Below are positions 22,261-31,616 of a DNA stretch of 64,000 bases, piece after piece (positions within the stretch are counted from its first letter, which is position 1; the number at the start of each line of letters is the position of its first letter). The DNA is from Candidatus Omnitrophota bacterium. Its GTDB lineage: Bacteria > Omnitrophota > Gorgyraeia > Gygaellales > Profunditerraquicolaceae. A program made the translations under genes and the position numbers. The DNA is taken from NCBI GenBank assembly GCA_026416665.1, contig JAOAET010000028.1, positions 3,706 through 67,705 of the forward strand. Reading direction: 5' to 3'. A model generated the notes under the pieces. That model saw only the letters and a list, made by a program, of their open reading frames with translations, did not search any database and had not been told where the DNA came from.

Positions 22261-23163
22261 TCAGCGAACTTCTTCCCAAGAAACAATACGTGGAGAACGA
22301 AACCTGATGTTATCCAATGCCTGAGATATTTTAGTATAATTATGCTGGATATCTGCTGTTCCACTAACTGTGGTGTCTACATTGGCTGCACTTTCTACTA
22401 AAATTGAACCGTTCACAAAAGAAGTTCCCGACATATCCAATTCACCCATTACATAAATTACACCATCAAAATTTATGGTTCCAGCTATACGACAATCACC
22501 CTCTATTATTAAGATTCCCGAGCCGTAAACATTACCGGTAAACCTTGTTTTAGGTGCAATTACCCAATTTATACCGCTAAAATTTCCCGATGGAAATGTT
22601 TGATTATAAATGTTACTTAAACTTTTAATCTCCGTAGTAGAAAAACCAAAGAGGTCAGCAAAACTAAAGATGGAATTCTCTTTATAATAGTTAGGGTCTC
22701 TGGTTTTAGCTGGTGGTGGATTTGGTGTAGTATTCTCTCCCCATACTTTGGAGGAACCCTTAAAGATTATGTCCACGTTTGACTCGATACCGTATTTAAA
22801 TTTGTTTGAGTCCACATCTCTTGTACTTACCACAGCCTTTACCACTCTGGTTATGTTGCCAGCGGTTCCCTGTGAAACAACTTGATAGTAATTTGTTAAA
22901 CCAATACGATTAATTGTTGCAGTATAATTGGCATTACCAACTGTGCCACTAACTGAACTCCCATTTAGTTTATTATCCCGAACATCTTGGATACCTGCTT
23001 CTGCTGCCCACAAAGCCCGTGTTGAATTAATATAACGTCTTACAAGAAACATATGGTTTATTTGTTTATAGTAAAAAGAAGAGGCCAAGCCTGCCAATAT
23101 CAAGATAACAAAAAAACTAAGCACCAAAACCATACCTCTATTGTCTCTTACAATATCATTCAT
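22261..23163 (-). CDS. PilX-like minor pilin
   Basis: RG|MVLV hydrophobic N-terminus lacking E5, A.WAAEAGI, C-terminal SWEE; start taken at the ATG at 23163. Confidence 0.7.
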   Translation of the reverse strand: MNDIVRDNRGMVLVLSFFVILILAGLASSFYYKQINHMFLVRRYINSTRALWAAEAGIQDVRDNKLNGSSVSGTVGNANYTATINRIGLTNYYQVVSQGTAGNITRVVKAVVSTRDVDSNKFKYGIESNVDIIFKGSSKVWGENTTPNPPPAKTRDPNYYKENSIFSFADLFGFSTTEIKSLSNIYNQTFPSGNFSGINWVIAPKTRFTGNVYGSGILIIEGDCRIAGTINFDGVIYVMGELDMSGTSFVNGSILVESAANVDTTVSGTADIQHNYTKISQALDNIRFRSPRIVSWEEVR

Positions 23164-23758
23164 TACGAATTCTAACCTCCTCCACCATTGTAAAGTTAAG
23201 AGGTCTATTGCGTTCATTCTTACCCCTTTTTATCGCAATAATTATTTTACGGCTGGTCAATAAAGTGCTACTGTTAAAATCATTTTTTGATTCATTAGTA
23301 TAAGAAGTATAAAAAGGAGGCATTAAAACATTGGTAAAATTTATCTCGTTTATTACAGTGGTATTATTAAGTAAACGCCTAGTTAAGGTATATGTTTTGT
23401 TGTCATATTTATATTCTATATATTGACCTGTAAGTTTCTGTGTTAAATTGGTATCATTCCATACCCACAAAGGTATTTTTAAATAGTCAGTAGTAGGATT
23501 ATAAGCGTAAATTTTCTGTATCTTGCCCTGTCGGACATCGGAAGTTAACCAATCAAGAAGCATTCTTGTGTCAGAATATAAGTCAGTTTTTAGTGAACCA
23601 ATTGAATTGGAAATATCTCCTACTCTTAAGGCAGCAATTAATGAGGCGGAAATTATAGAAAAAATAAGTATCACAATTATTGCTTCAATTAAGGATAACC
23701 CCTGATGCTTTTTACAATGAAAAAAATGTGCTAAGAAGAAAACTTCTTGTTTCGCCAT
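23156..23758 (-). CDS. PilW-like minor pilin
   Basis: QG|LSLIE prepilin cleavage site; ends ...RIRNE; true start uncertain. Confidence 0.7.
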   Translation of the reverse strand: MAKQEVFFLAHFFHCKKHQGLSLIEAIIVILIFSIISASLIAALRVGDISNSIGSLKTDLYSDTRMLLDWLTSDVRQGKIQKIYAYNPTTDYLKIPLWVWNDTNLTQKLTGQYIEYKYDNKTYTLTRRLLNNTTVINEINFTNVLMPPFYTSYTNESKNDFNSSTLLTSRKIIIAIKRGKNERNRPLNFTMVEEVRIRNE

Positions 23759-24125
23759 TTTCTATCCAGTTTACTGTAACATTAACTATTTTTTTCTGTC
23801 CGGTTTGAGTTACTTTAACATTTATTGATTCGTTAGCCAGATTTGTAAAATTAATATCGGTACGACTTGATAAAGCATCAAAACTTTCACTTTTTAACTT
23901 TTCTAACACATATTGTGCATCTAAAGCAGCAATTGCTTTGTTAATTTCAGATTGAAGCAATCTATAAGAAGCAACAATAGAACCCAAAAGAGCAGTGATA
24001 CTAATAACTAAAATCCCTGCTACTACCATTAACTCGATTATTGTAAAACCTCGTTTTTGCTTAAGCATTTGGTTTAGTATAAATACCGGATTCATCCTCT
24101 TATTCTTGAGCATTACACGACTCAA
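23712..24125 (-). CDS. PilV-like minor pilin
   Basis: RG|FTIIELMV prepilin cleavage/methylation motif. Confidence 0.75.
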   Translation of the reverse strand: MSRVMLKNKRMNPVFILNQMLKQKRGFTIIELMVVAGILVISITALLGSIVASYRLLQSEINKAIAALDAQYVLEKLKSESFDALSSRTDINFTNLANESINVKVTQTGQKKIVNVTVNWIENGETRSFLLSTFFSL

Positions 24126-24534
24126 TACTTAAAACCTGACCTGTGGTAACTGTAAATGCCTTCTTACCAGTTAAACCACAATGCACAGGTAAAGCAGTGC
24201 AGGTATAACCAGTGGCCTCCACCCGTGGACAACTAAACACATAACCACGCATATAATAAGGACCTAAGTATTCTTTCTTAATATAAGGTGGCTGAGCACT
24301 AGCTAATGCCTCCAAAGAAGAAGGATAAGTGTGGTTATGGTCATTAGCATAACCTTCAAGTGCAGTAGTGACTAACTTAAGAATTTCTTCTGCACCTGTC
24401 TCATTTTGGATAATAGTAAAATCTATAAAATAAGTAATTGCAATACGCAATAAAAGCGCAACAATAGCTATACTCATTAAAATAACCACAAAACTTCTTG
24501 CTTTTTCATTAATTCGCTTCATTTTTTCATTCAA
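24100..24534 (-). CDS. Pilin-like protein with degenerate prepilin motif
   Basis: RS|FVVIL hydrophobic segment, NE..A, YP.SL..L....PPYI; paralogous to the major pilin. Confidence 0.7.
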   Translation of the reverse strand: MNEKMKRINEKARSFVVILMSIAIVALLLRIAITYFIDFTIIQNETGAEEILKLVTTALEGYANDHNHTYPSSLEALASAQPPYIKKEYLGPYYMRGYVFSCPRVEATGYTCTALPVHCGLTGKKAFTVTTGQVLSIESCNAQE

Positions 24535-24555
24535 AATTTTTTAAAAGCCACTTAC

Positions 24556-24594
24556 AAAAAACCCCGCACCACAAAAAATGGCGCGGGGTTTTTT
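24556..24594. terminator. Bidirectional-type intrinsic terminator after the major pilin
   Basis: AAAAAACCCCGCACCA-loop-TGGCGCGGGGTTTTTT. Confidence 0.85.
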
Positions 24595-24610
24595 AAAGGT
24601 TGATCCAACA

Positions 24611-25033
24611 TTACTCAAGAGCAGTAAAGTTACCACCTGTAGCGTTATTCCTATACATCAATACACCTGATGTGTCCACCATAAAATCTCGGTTACCTGT
24701 AGTTCCAGGAGTAATGGGAAAAGCATAAGCCGTAAAACCAGAAGTATCCCCAGACAAGGAAAAACTGTACCCTTGTTTAGTACCACTGGCAAGTATAGCA
24801 TCAATATATGGTGGATTTCCGCTGCCTAAAACTGAAAGATTAGCAGGATAACTAGGATTGGCAGCACGATAGGTATGCGCAGAAGAAGCAATTGTCTTCA
24901 AGGCTGCAATGGCTGCTGATTCATTAGCTGCTAATCTTGCCCGCAATAGGTTAGGTATAGCAATGGCTGCCAATAAGGCAATAATGGCTACAACTATCAT
25001 AATCTCTACAAGAGTAAAACCGCGTCTGTTCAT
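24611..25033 (-). CDS. Major type IVa pilin
   Basis: RG|FTLVEIMIVVAIIALLAAIAIPNL; strong SD (AAAGGAGGAG); own promoters and terminator. Confidence 0.92.
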   Translation of the reverse strand: MNRRGFTLVEIMIVVAIIALLAAIAIPNLLRARLAANESAAIAALKTIASSAHTYRAANPSYPANLSVLGSGNPPYIDAILASGTKQGYSFSLSGDTSGFTAYAFPITPGTTGNRDFMVDTSGVLMYRNNATGGNFTALE

Positions 25034-25161
25034 TTGTTACTCCTCCTTTCTAAGGTAAGATTAACCACGTTGTTTCTATTACCTCCTTAGCTACAAAAAC
25101 TTAAAATAAAAGCTATCACTTTTCTAAGGAGTCCTTAAAACAAAATGGTTACCTTATTTCT

Positions 25162-25190
25162 TTTATATCACCTCCTCTCTTTTTTGTCAA
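25162..25190 (-). promoter_or_regulatory. Proximal sigma70 promoter of pilin (downstream of the riboswitch terminator)
   Basis: TTGACA-17 bp-TATAAA. Confidence 0.65.
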
Positions 25191-25229
25191 TAATTATTTA
25201 AGGCAACCTGTTTATTTTAAGCAACATCT

Positions 25230-25264
25230 AAAAACAAAAAACCTTGAGGCAAACCTCAAGGTTT
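25230..25264 (-). terminator. Riboswitch expression-platform terminator
   Basis: AAACCTTGAGG-TTTG-CCTCAAGGTTT followed by TTTGTTTTT on minus strand. Confidence 0.85.
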
Positions 25265-25277
25265 ATTAAACTTGAAG

Positions 25278-25370
25278 TTACCCCTTTGGCAGCACGGCTG
25301 TCCAGTGTATTGCTGGACCCTTTGGCTTTGCGTCCCAAGATTACTCTTGGTTTGCCTTTTCAGTAGGTAT
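25278..25370 (-). ncRNA. c-di-GMP-I (GEMM) riboswitch aptamer
   Basis: Minus strand: AAAAGGCAAACCAAGA-GTAA-TCTTGGGACGCAAAGCCAAAGGGTCCAGCAATACACTGGACAGCCGTGCTGCCAAAGGGG; matches the GGCAAA/GNRA/GACGCAAAG/GACAGCC..GCTGCC consensus. Confidence 0.9.
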
Positions 25371-25380
25371 CTTTATTTAA

Positions 25381-25409
25381 ATTATACCCTATAGAACCAT
25401 ATTTGTCAA
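25381..25409 (-). promoter_or_regulatory. Consensus sigma70 promoter driving the riboswitch leader
   Basis: Perfect TTGACA-17 bp-TATAAT about 10 nt upstream of the aptamer. Confidence 0.85.
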
Positions 25410-25625
25410 AGAGCAAAATAAAAACGTAAGGTATTATTTACCCCGCACCTCTAATAAAAGTATAACCTATATACATTGATTTTTCAATAAAATTTTGAAT
25501 ATAGCTCACCCTAAAGGTGAAAACAAAATGCTTTCAACTCTTTAACCCCAAATTTGTTTTAATTTTTAAAAAGGGGTTAAGTAATTGGTCAATTATTTGA
25601 GTTTTATCTTAAACTCTTAGGGTAT

Positions 25626-27818
25626 TTATTTAGTCTGCGGGCCTGACTGCGGGCTATTAAATCCCTGACGAAAGTCAACCCCTATTTCTGGAAATGCCTT
25701 TAATTTGAAAACACACCAGATAGCATCACCTTTGGTTTTCTCATGAGAATAAGTAAGCTCCCAAAGCCAACAATGTAAGTCTCTGGTAAAACCATATTCC
25801 TGAACTACAAACCCTTTTCTTAGGTCTGCTTTATCTGCAGTTTGTATCCGCTCATAGAGATGAAATTTCCATTTAGGAGTAAGGCGCCATTCTGAAGAAA
25901 CAGTTATTTCATTACTGCCATCATATTGATAACGCTGTCCTAAACCTATTTGTTTTTCATTACCAAAGTTAAACATAAAGTCGTAGTTAATTGTAGAAAA
26001 CTGTCTTTTCTCTGCAACATAGTTTGCATCGGAATAAAACTGAAGCCAATTATAAGGAAACACCTTTAATTTTAAAATAATATCTGATAACTCATCGTGA
26101 ACAGTTATTCCAGAAGTAGGGATACGCCGATAAAGATAATAGATACTGTCTACTTTAAAATCCACAAAATCAATAGTTTCATTATTGCGTTTGGTCTGCA
26201 GTTTATTTGATACGCCCAGTGTGAACGCATTACTGTGCCCAATGGCATCAATTGCGTCCATTTGATAAAGTTTTGTGCTGGGAATAGATGGCTGATTATT
26301 GTAAGCATAACCGATGGTTGGGCTAATTATGTGTCGCAAACGATTAATCTCAATATTTAAAAAATTACTAGTTAAATCATAGATACGGTAAAACTTTGTA
26401 GATACATCTATCCCTGAATAAAATACACTGCGCACTCCTATGGAATCACCCGAGTTATCTTTCGAATAATAAGTAAAACGCTCAGCCACATAAGGTGTAA
26501 ATTCAAAAATTGAGAAGTTTGTTGGTAGAGATATTTTGTTTAATGTATCCAGACGATTAACACTTTCGTCTTTCCAAGATGGACTAGGACTGGCCTCTTT
26601 TTTATTAAAAACAGTGGCTTTAGTAGTATCCTCAAAATAAAAAGGAGTTGAAAATATAGGCAGACTAGGTAAGGAATAAGTAATCTCAGGAAGTTTCTCT
26701 ATCTGGTCATACCAACGATTAATACGTTTTTCTAAATAAAAGCTTAACTGCGAATGTGTAAAATTATGATTAAGCAAGGCATAACTAATAGGTTTTGGGT
26801 CTCTTTCGTAATTTCGTGGAAAGTAATCTTTTAAAATATTATAAACTGAACCAAATTTGCGTCGTTTGTCATCTACAATACGATGAACTTCACCAGTAAA
26901 ATAAGTCTGTTCATCTATCTGCCAATGGTGGCGTAAGCGTGCAAAGTATCTTTGAAAATCACCAGATTCTTTGGGTAATCCTTCCTTAGGCCTTTCCGTA
27001 GTGTAATAGAATTTAAAATCACCACTTCCAAAACCTGTATTTTTGTAGTTTGCGCTTATACCTTCAGCAAAACCTAATTTGTTGCGATAATCAAAATATA
27101 TCTTGCCCTGAACTGATTCTGAAAGATAATAACGCGTAGCAGTTAAAAGATAGGCACCCCATTGGTCACTGTACCCAGGAGTTAACTGAATATGCGTGGC
27201 ATTGTCTTTTAAACTGTGCCGGTAATATGGCACATAAGCTACAGGAAGCGCCCCAAAATAAAGGACATTTTCCCAGCTTTTAATCTTATCTTGAGAATAA
27301 AAACTTAACTTCCTGCTTTTTAAGTGGTAATGTGGTTGATTGAAATTACAAGTAGAAAGCCTGCCATTATAGACATCAAATTGTTTATCAGAAACAAGCT
27401 CAATTTTTTCTGCTTTTCCAAAATAGGGTTGTGAGTAAAATTTTGCGTTTTCTATTGTACCTTGTTTGGTCTTAAAATTGTAAAGTATGCGTTCTCCATA
27501 CATTAAACCATGAACATCACGGATAGTGACATTTCCTTCAGCAATAGCTTGCTTTGTCTGTGTGTTTACCGTAAGTTTTTCGCAAGTTAAGATGGTTCCT
27601 TGATAATTGACAGAGACATTACCTTTGGCAACTATTTCATTTTTTTCAGTTAAATATTCTACAGTATCTCCATTAACTACCAGAGACTCACCCGGAACCT
27701 GAGCAAGGCAAACTTTTCTAGAAAATACAAGGACAAAAAAGAAAACAAACGAAAAAAACAGAATGATAAGATTTTTTTTCTTAGGAAAGTGTTTAGAAAA
27801 AACAGAAATCTTATTCAT
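25626..27818 (-). CDS. lptD: LPS-assembly protein LptD
   Basis: OstA-like N-terminus (AKGNV, AEGNV), TCN...PHY, beta-barrel region, RDLHCW near C-terminus. Confidence 0.8.
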   Translation of the reverse strand: MNKISVFSKHFPKKKNLIILFFSFVFFFVLVFSRKVCLAQVPGESLVVNGDTVEYLTEKNEIVAKGNVSVNYQGTILTCEKLTVNTQTKQAIAEGNVTIRDVHGLMYGERILYNFKTKQGTIENAKFYSQPYFGKAEKIELVSDKQFDVYNGRLSTCNFNQPHYHLKSRKLSFYSQDKIKSWENVLYFGALPVAYVPYYRHSLKDNATHIQLTPGYSDQWGAYLLTATRYYLSESVQGKIYFDYRNKLGFAEGISANYKNTGFGSGDFKFYYTTERPKEGLPKESGDFQRYFARLRHHWQIDEQTYFTGEVHRIVDDKRRKFGSVYNILKDYFPRNYERDPKPISYALLNHNFTHSQLSFYLEKRINRWYDQIEKLPEITYSLPSLPIFSTPFYFEDTTKATVFNKKEASPSPSWKDESVNRLDTLNKISLPTNFSIFEFTPYVAERFTYYSKDNSGDSIGVRSVFYSGIDVSTKFYRIYDLTSNFLNIEINRLRHIISPTIGYAYNNQPSIPSTKLYQMDAIDAIGHSNAFTLGVSNKLQTKRNNETIDFVDFKVDSIYYLYRRIPTSGITVHDELSDIILKLKVFPYNWLQFYSDANYVAEKRQFSTINYDFMFNFGNEKQIGLGQRYQYDGSNEITVSSEWRLTPKWKFHLYERIQTADKADLRKGFVVQEYGFTRDLHCWLWELTYSHEKTKGDAIWCVFKLKAFPEIGVDFRQGFNSPQSGPQTK

Positions 27819-27821
27819 TAC

Positions 27822-28469
27822 TTATTGGGAAGGTATTTTTTTATAATCTTCTAAGAACCTCTGAATTCCTATATCCGTAAGTGGATGCTTAATTAGCTGT
27901 TCAATTACTGAAAACGGAACAGTAGCAATATCTGCTCCAATAAGCGCTGCCTCAACTACATGCATAGGATTACGCACTGAGGCAACAATAATCTCTGTTT
28001 TGAATTGGTAGTTTGAATATATTTTTTTTATGTCTTTTATAATTTGCATTCCTTCTTGGCTTATATCATCTAATCTACCAATAAATGGAGAAACATAAGT
28101 TGCCCCTGCTTTAGCCGCCAAAAGGGCCTGTGAAGGTGAAAAACACAAAGTAACATTAGTTTTTATATTCTCTTTTGACAATAATTGCACTGCCTTTAGT
28201 CCTTCTTTTATAAGAGGGATCTTTATTACGATATTATTGGCAATTTTGGCAAGCTCTCTTGCCTCTTTAACCATTTCAAGTGAAGTTTGTGAAATAACTT
28301 CAGCACTGACAGGCCCTGAGACAATTTTACATATCTGCTCTAAAATTTCATAAGCAGGACGTTTTTCTTTGGCAATTAAAGTAGGGTTAGTAGTCACACC
28401 ATCAATTAAGCCCAGCTGTTGTGCCTGTTTTATCTCTTCTATATTTGCAGTATCAATAAAAATTTTCAT
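27822..28469 (-). CDS. tal: Transaldolase / fructose-6-phosphate aldolase family
   Basis: [34 protein letters not shown]. Confidence 0.9.
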   Translation of the reverse strand: MKIFIDTANIEEIKQAQQLGLIDGVTTNPTLIAKEKRPAYEILEQICKIVSGPVSAEVISQTSLEMVKEARELAKIANNIVIKIPLIKEGLKAVQLLSKENIKTNVTLCFSPSQALLAAKAGATYVSPFIGRLDDISQEGMQIIKDIKKIYSNYQFKTEIIVASVRNPMHVVEAALIGADIATVPFSVIEQLIKHPLTDIGIQRFLEDYKKIPSQ

Positions 28470-28484
28470 TTTTTCTACTCCTTA

Positions 28485-29420
28485 TTAAATCTCTCTTCTT
28501 TGCAATTGCTCCTTTACCAAAAAAGCCGCACCAATCATTCCTGCATTTCGCCCTAATTTTGCCTTAAGGATTCTTAAGTCTTTTACCTGAACAGGCATTG
28601 CCCTTTCTTGAATAGTCTTATACACTGCATCAAAAAGAATCTGACCTGCATTAGCCACTCCACCTCCTACAACTACACAATCGGGATTAAGGACATTAAC
28701 AATCCCAACTAAAGCCACACCCAATTTCTTTCCTACATCTTTCCAGATAGCAATAGCCCTTTCATCACCTTTTCGTGCTAAACGGCTTACTTCTTCTAAA
28801 GGGATATCTTTTTTAAAAACCTTACGCACATTTTGGGCAATCCGCCGATTTCCAATATACGCCTCAAGACAGGCAATACCCCCACAGTTACAGTTTGGTC
28901 CTTTTTCATTAATTGGCACATGTCCTACCTCACCGGCTGCGAATGAAGAACCGCGATAAAGGCGTTTCTCAATAATTAAACCTGCTCCCACGCCTGTTCC
29001 CAAAGTAAGACAAACTGCATTGGTTGAACCTTTGGCTGCACCAGCACGAAATTCTGCAAGACACATAAGATTAGCGTCATTATCAATAAAAACAGGTATC
29101 CCCAATTTTTCCTCTAAAATACTGCGTAAAGGCACCTCTTTCCAGCCAGGAATATTCGGAAAAAAATGCACAATCCCCCGCACTACATCTACAGGACCAG
29201 GTAACCCAATTCCTATGCCTAGAATAAAGCTACGACTAAGATGATACTTAGCCGTTAAAGAATTTACTGAAGAGACAATAGCAGTCATTAATGCCTTAGG
29301 CTGGGCAAATACCTCTGTAGGCAAAATTTGACGTTCTTTGATAACACAGGATGAATCACAAAGCGCTATTTTAAGATTAGTTCCACCTAAATCTATTCCA
29401 ATAAAAAACTTATCTTTCAT
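28485..29420 (-). CDS. ROK-family sugar kinase (glucokinase)
   Basis: GIDLGGT, DNDAN, LTLGTGVG, GEVGH, CNCGGIACLE. Confidence 0.92.
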   Translation of the reverse strand: MKDKFFIGIDLGGTNLKIALCDSSCVIKERQILPTEVFAQPKALMTAIVSSVNSLTAKYHLSRSFILGIGIGLPGPVDVVRGIVHFFPNIPGWKEVPLRSILEEKLGIPVFIDNDANLMCLAEFRAGAAKGSTNAVCLTLGTGVGAGLIIEKRLYRGSSFAAGEVGHVPINEKGPNCNCGGIACLEAYIGNRRIAQNVRKVFKKDIPLEEVSRLARKGDERAIAIWKDVGKKLGVALVGIVNVLNPDCVVVGGGVANAGQILFDAVYKTIQERAMPVQVKDLRILKAKLGRNAGMIGAAFLVKEQLQRREI

Positions 29421-29430
29421 AGTGTAAAGT

Positions 29431-29459
29431 ATTGTAACCTACCAAAACAATTATTGCAA
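29431..29459 (-). promoter_or_regulatory. sigma70-type promoter close to the ROK start
   Basis: TTGCAA-17 bp-TACAAT, 10 nt before the ATG. Confidence 0.5.
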
Positions 29460-29607
29460 GTATTATGTATAGTTCTTTGCCATATATACCAACGCTATTT
29501 TTCTCTTGCTGATTTGCCTGAAAAAACCCTTAATGGAAACCTCCCAGGTATGTGAATTGGAGTAATTAATAGAAAGAAATTTAATCAGGGAAAAATGAAA
29601 GGAAAGA

Positions 29608-30711
29608 TTATACAATTGTCTTTTCTGTATCCTTATCAAAAAAATGAACTTTGCTCATATCAAAGACCATATCAATATCAGCATTTACTTTCGGGCGGTC
29701 ATGGGCACCAACACGTGCGATAAAGGTGTGTTTACCGGTATTTAGATACAAATAGACCTCACTTCCCATTGGTTCAACTACTTCACAGGTAACTCGCACT
29801 GTGTTCTCCGGATGGGAATACGAAACAAAAAGTTTATCGTAGATATCCTCGGAACGAATTCCAAAAATTACCTCTCTATCTACATAAGGCATTAACTTAG
29901 AAAACATCTCTTCTACAATCTTTACCTGAATTTTTCCTTCATAGAAATAAAGCTTACCATTCTTTTTTATGATTTTACCATTCATAAAATTCATCGGTGG
30001 TGAACCCATAAAGCCTGCAACAAATTTATTAGCGGGTTTATCATAAATAGTAATAGGGTCAGCTACCTGCTGCAGTACTCCTTTGTTCATTACCGCTACC
30101 CGGTCACCCATAGTCATTGCTTCTACTTGGTCATGGGTTACGTAAATAATAGTGGTCTGTAAACGAATATGAAGTTTATGAATCTCCGTGCGCATCTGAA
30201 CGCGCATTTTTGCATCCAAATTAGAGAGCGGTTCATCAAAAAGAAAAACTTTGGGTTTACGCACAATGGCCCTTCCTACTGCAACTCTCTGACGCTCTCC
30301 ACCTGATAATTCTCTGGGTTTACGTTCAAGTAAGTGAGTAATGCCCAAAATCTCAGCTGCTTCTTTTACCCTCTGCATAATTTCTGACTTAGGATAGCGT
30401 CTGAGACGAAGACCAAACGCCATATTCTCAAAGGCAGTCATATGGGGGTAAAGCGCATAATTCTGAAAGACCATCGCAATGTCTCTATCTCTTGCAGGCA
30501 CGTCATTGACAAGTTTGTCACCAATAAAAATCTTTCCGGAAGTTACCTGTTCAAGTCCAGCAATCATCCTAAGAGTTGTAGACTTACCACACCCCGAAGG
30601 TCCAACCAAAACCATAAACTCTTTATTTTCAATGCCCAGACTTAAATTGTCTACAACCTTGGTTCCGTTTGTGTATTCTTTAGTTACATTTTGGAGGGAA
30701 ACTTGAGCCAT
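29608..30711 (-). CDS. Carbohydrate ABC transporter ATP-binding protein (MalK/UgpC/MsmX family)
   Basis: GPSGCGKST, VFQNYALYPHM, LSGGERQR, DEPLSNLD, TOBE domain. Confidence 0.95.
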   Translation of the reverse strand: MAQVSLQNVTKEYTNGTKVVDNLSLGIENKEFMVLVGPSGCGKSTTLRMIAGLEQVTSGKIFIGDKLVNDVPARDRDIAMVFQNYALYPHMTAFENMAFGLRLRRYPKSEIMQRVKEAAEILGITHLLERKPRELSGGERQRVAVGRAIVRKPKVFLFDEPLSNLDAKMRVQMRTEIHKLHIRLQTTIIYVTHDQVEAMTMGDRVAVMNKGVLQQVADPITIYDKPANKFVAGFMGSPPMNFMNGKIIKKNGKLYFYEGKIQVKIVEEMFSKLMPYVDREVIFGIRSEDIYDKLFVSYSHPENTVRVTCEVVEPMGSEVYLYLNTGKHTFIARVGAHDRPKVNADIDMVFDMSKVHFFDKDTEKTIV

Positions 30712-30766
30712 CTTTTTTATACCAATTCTCAGAGTTTAAAAATTATAACAATTATTTTTAAAAAAA

Positions 30767-31606
30767 TCAACTTAAATAATCAAGCAACCGTGCAGTTGTT
30801 TGTTTCAGTTCTTTTCTCCCAACTATCATGTCAATTAAACCGTGCTCAAGCATAAACTCAGAACGTTGAAACTTTGGTGGTAACTTCTGTCTTATTGTCT
30901 GTTCAATAACCCGTGGTCCAGCAAAACCGATAAGTGCATTTGGTTCAGCAATAATAATATCCCCAAGACCAGCAAAGGAAGCCATCACTCCACCCATTGT
31001 AGGATTAGTTAAAATCGAAATATAGGGCAAATGTGCTTCTTTGTGGTATTTTAAAGCAGCAGAAGTCTTTGCCATCTGCATTAAAGATAACATCCCCTCA
31101 TACATACGCGCTCCACCACCTGAACCAGAAACAATAACAAGTGGCATACGATTTTTAGTAGCAAACTCAGTTGCCCGCGTAATTTTCTCACCTACCACTG
31201 ACCCCATTGAACCCATAATAAAACGCGAATCAGTCACTGCAACTACTGCTTTTTTGCCTTCTATTAAACCCCTTCCCCAAATTACTGCCTCCTTCAAACC
31301 CGTTGTTTGCTGATCTTGAGCAAGTTTTTCTTTATAGGTCTTTGGCCCTTTAAATTCTAAAGGGTCAACAGAAACCATATCTTTATCAAACTCTTCGAAA
31401 GTGTCTTTATCCAACAAATAAGTAATGCGCTGGTATGCACCAATAGCAAAATGAAAATTACACTTTGGACAAACAAATAGGTTCTCTTCTAAAACCTTGT
31501 TAAAAAGCACCTCAGAACAATTCTCGCATTTGGTCCATAAGCCGTCAGGAATTTCTTTTTTCTTGACCCGAACAATTGTGTATTTAGGTTTACCAAAAAG
31601 TGCCAT
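30767..31606 (-). CDS. accD: Acetyl-CoA carboxylase carboxyltransferase beta subunit
   Basis: C4 Zn finger, GSMGSVVGE, GGARM, GFAGPRVIEQT. Confidence 0.96.
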   Translation of the reverse strand: MALFGKPKYTIVRVKKKEIPDGLWTKCENCSEVLFNKVLEENLFVCPKCNFHFAIGAYQRITYLLDKDTFEEFDKDMVSVDPLEFKGPKTYKEKLAQDQQTTGLKEAVIWGRGLIEGKKAVVAVTDSRFIMGSMGSVVGEKITRATEFATKNRMPLVIVSGSGGGARMYEGMLSLMQMAKTSAALKYHKEAHLPYISILTNPTMGGVMASFAGLGDIIIAEPNALIGFAGPRVIEQTIRQKLPPKFQRSEFMLEHGLIDMIVGRKELKQTTARLLDYLS

Positions 31607-31616
31607 AGACAGTCCT

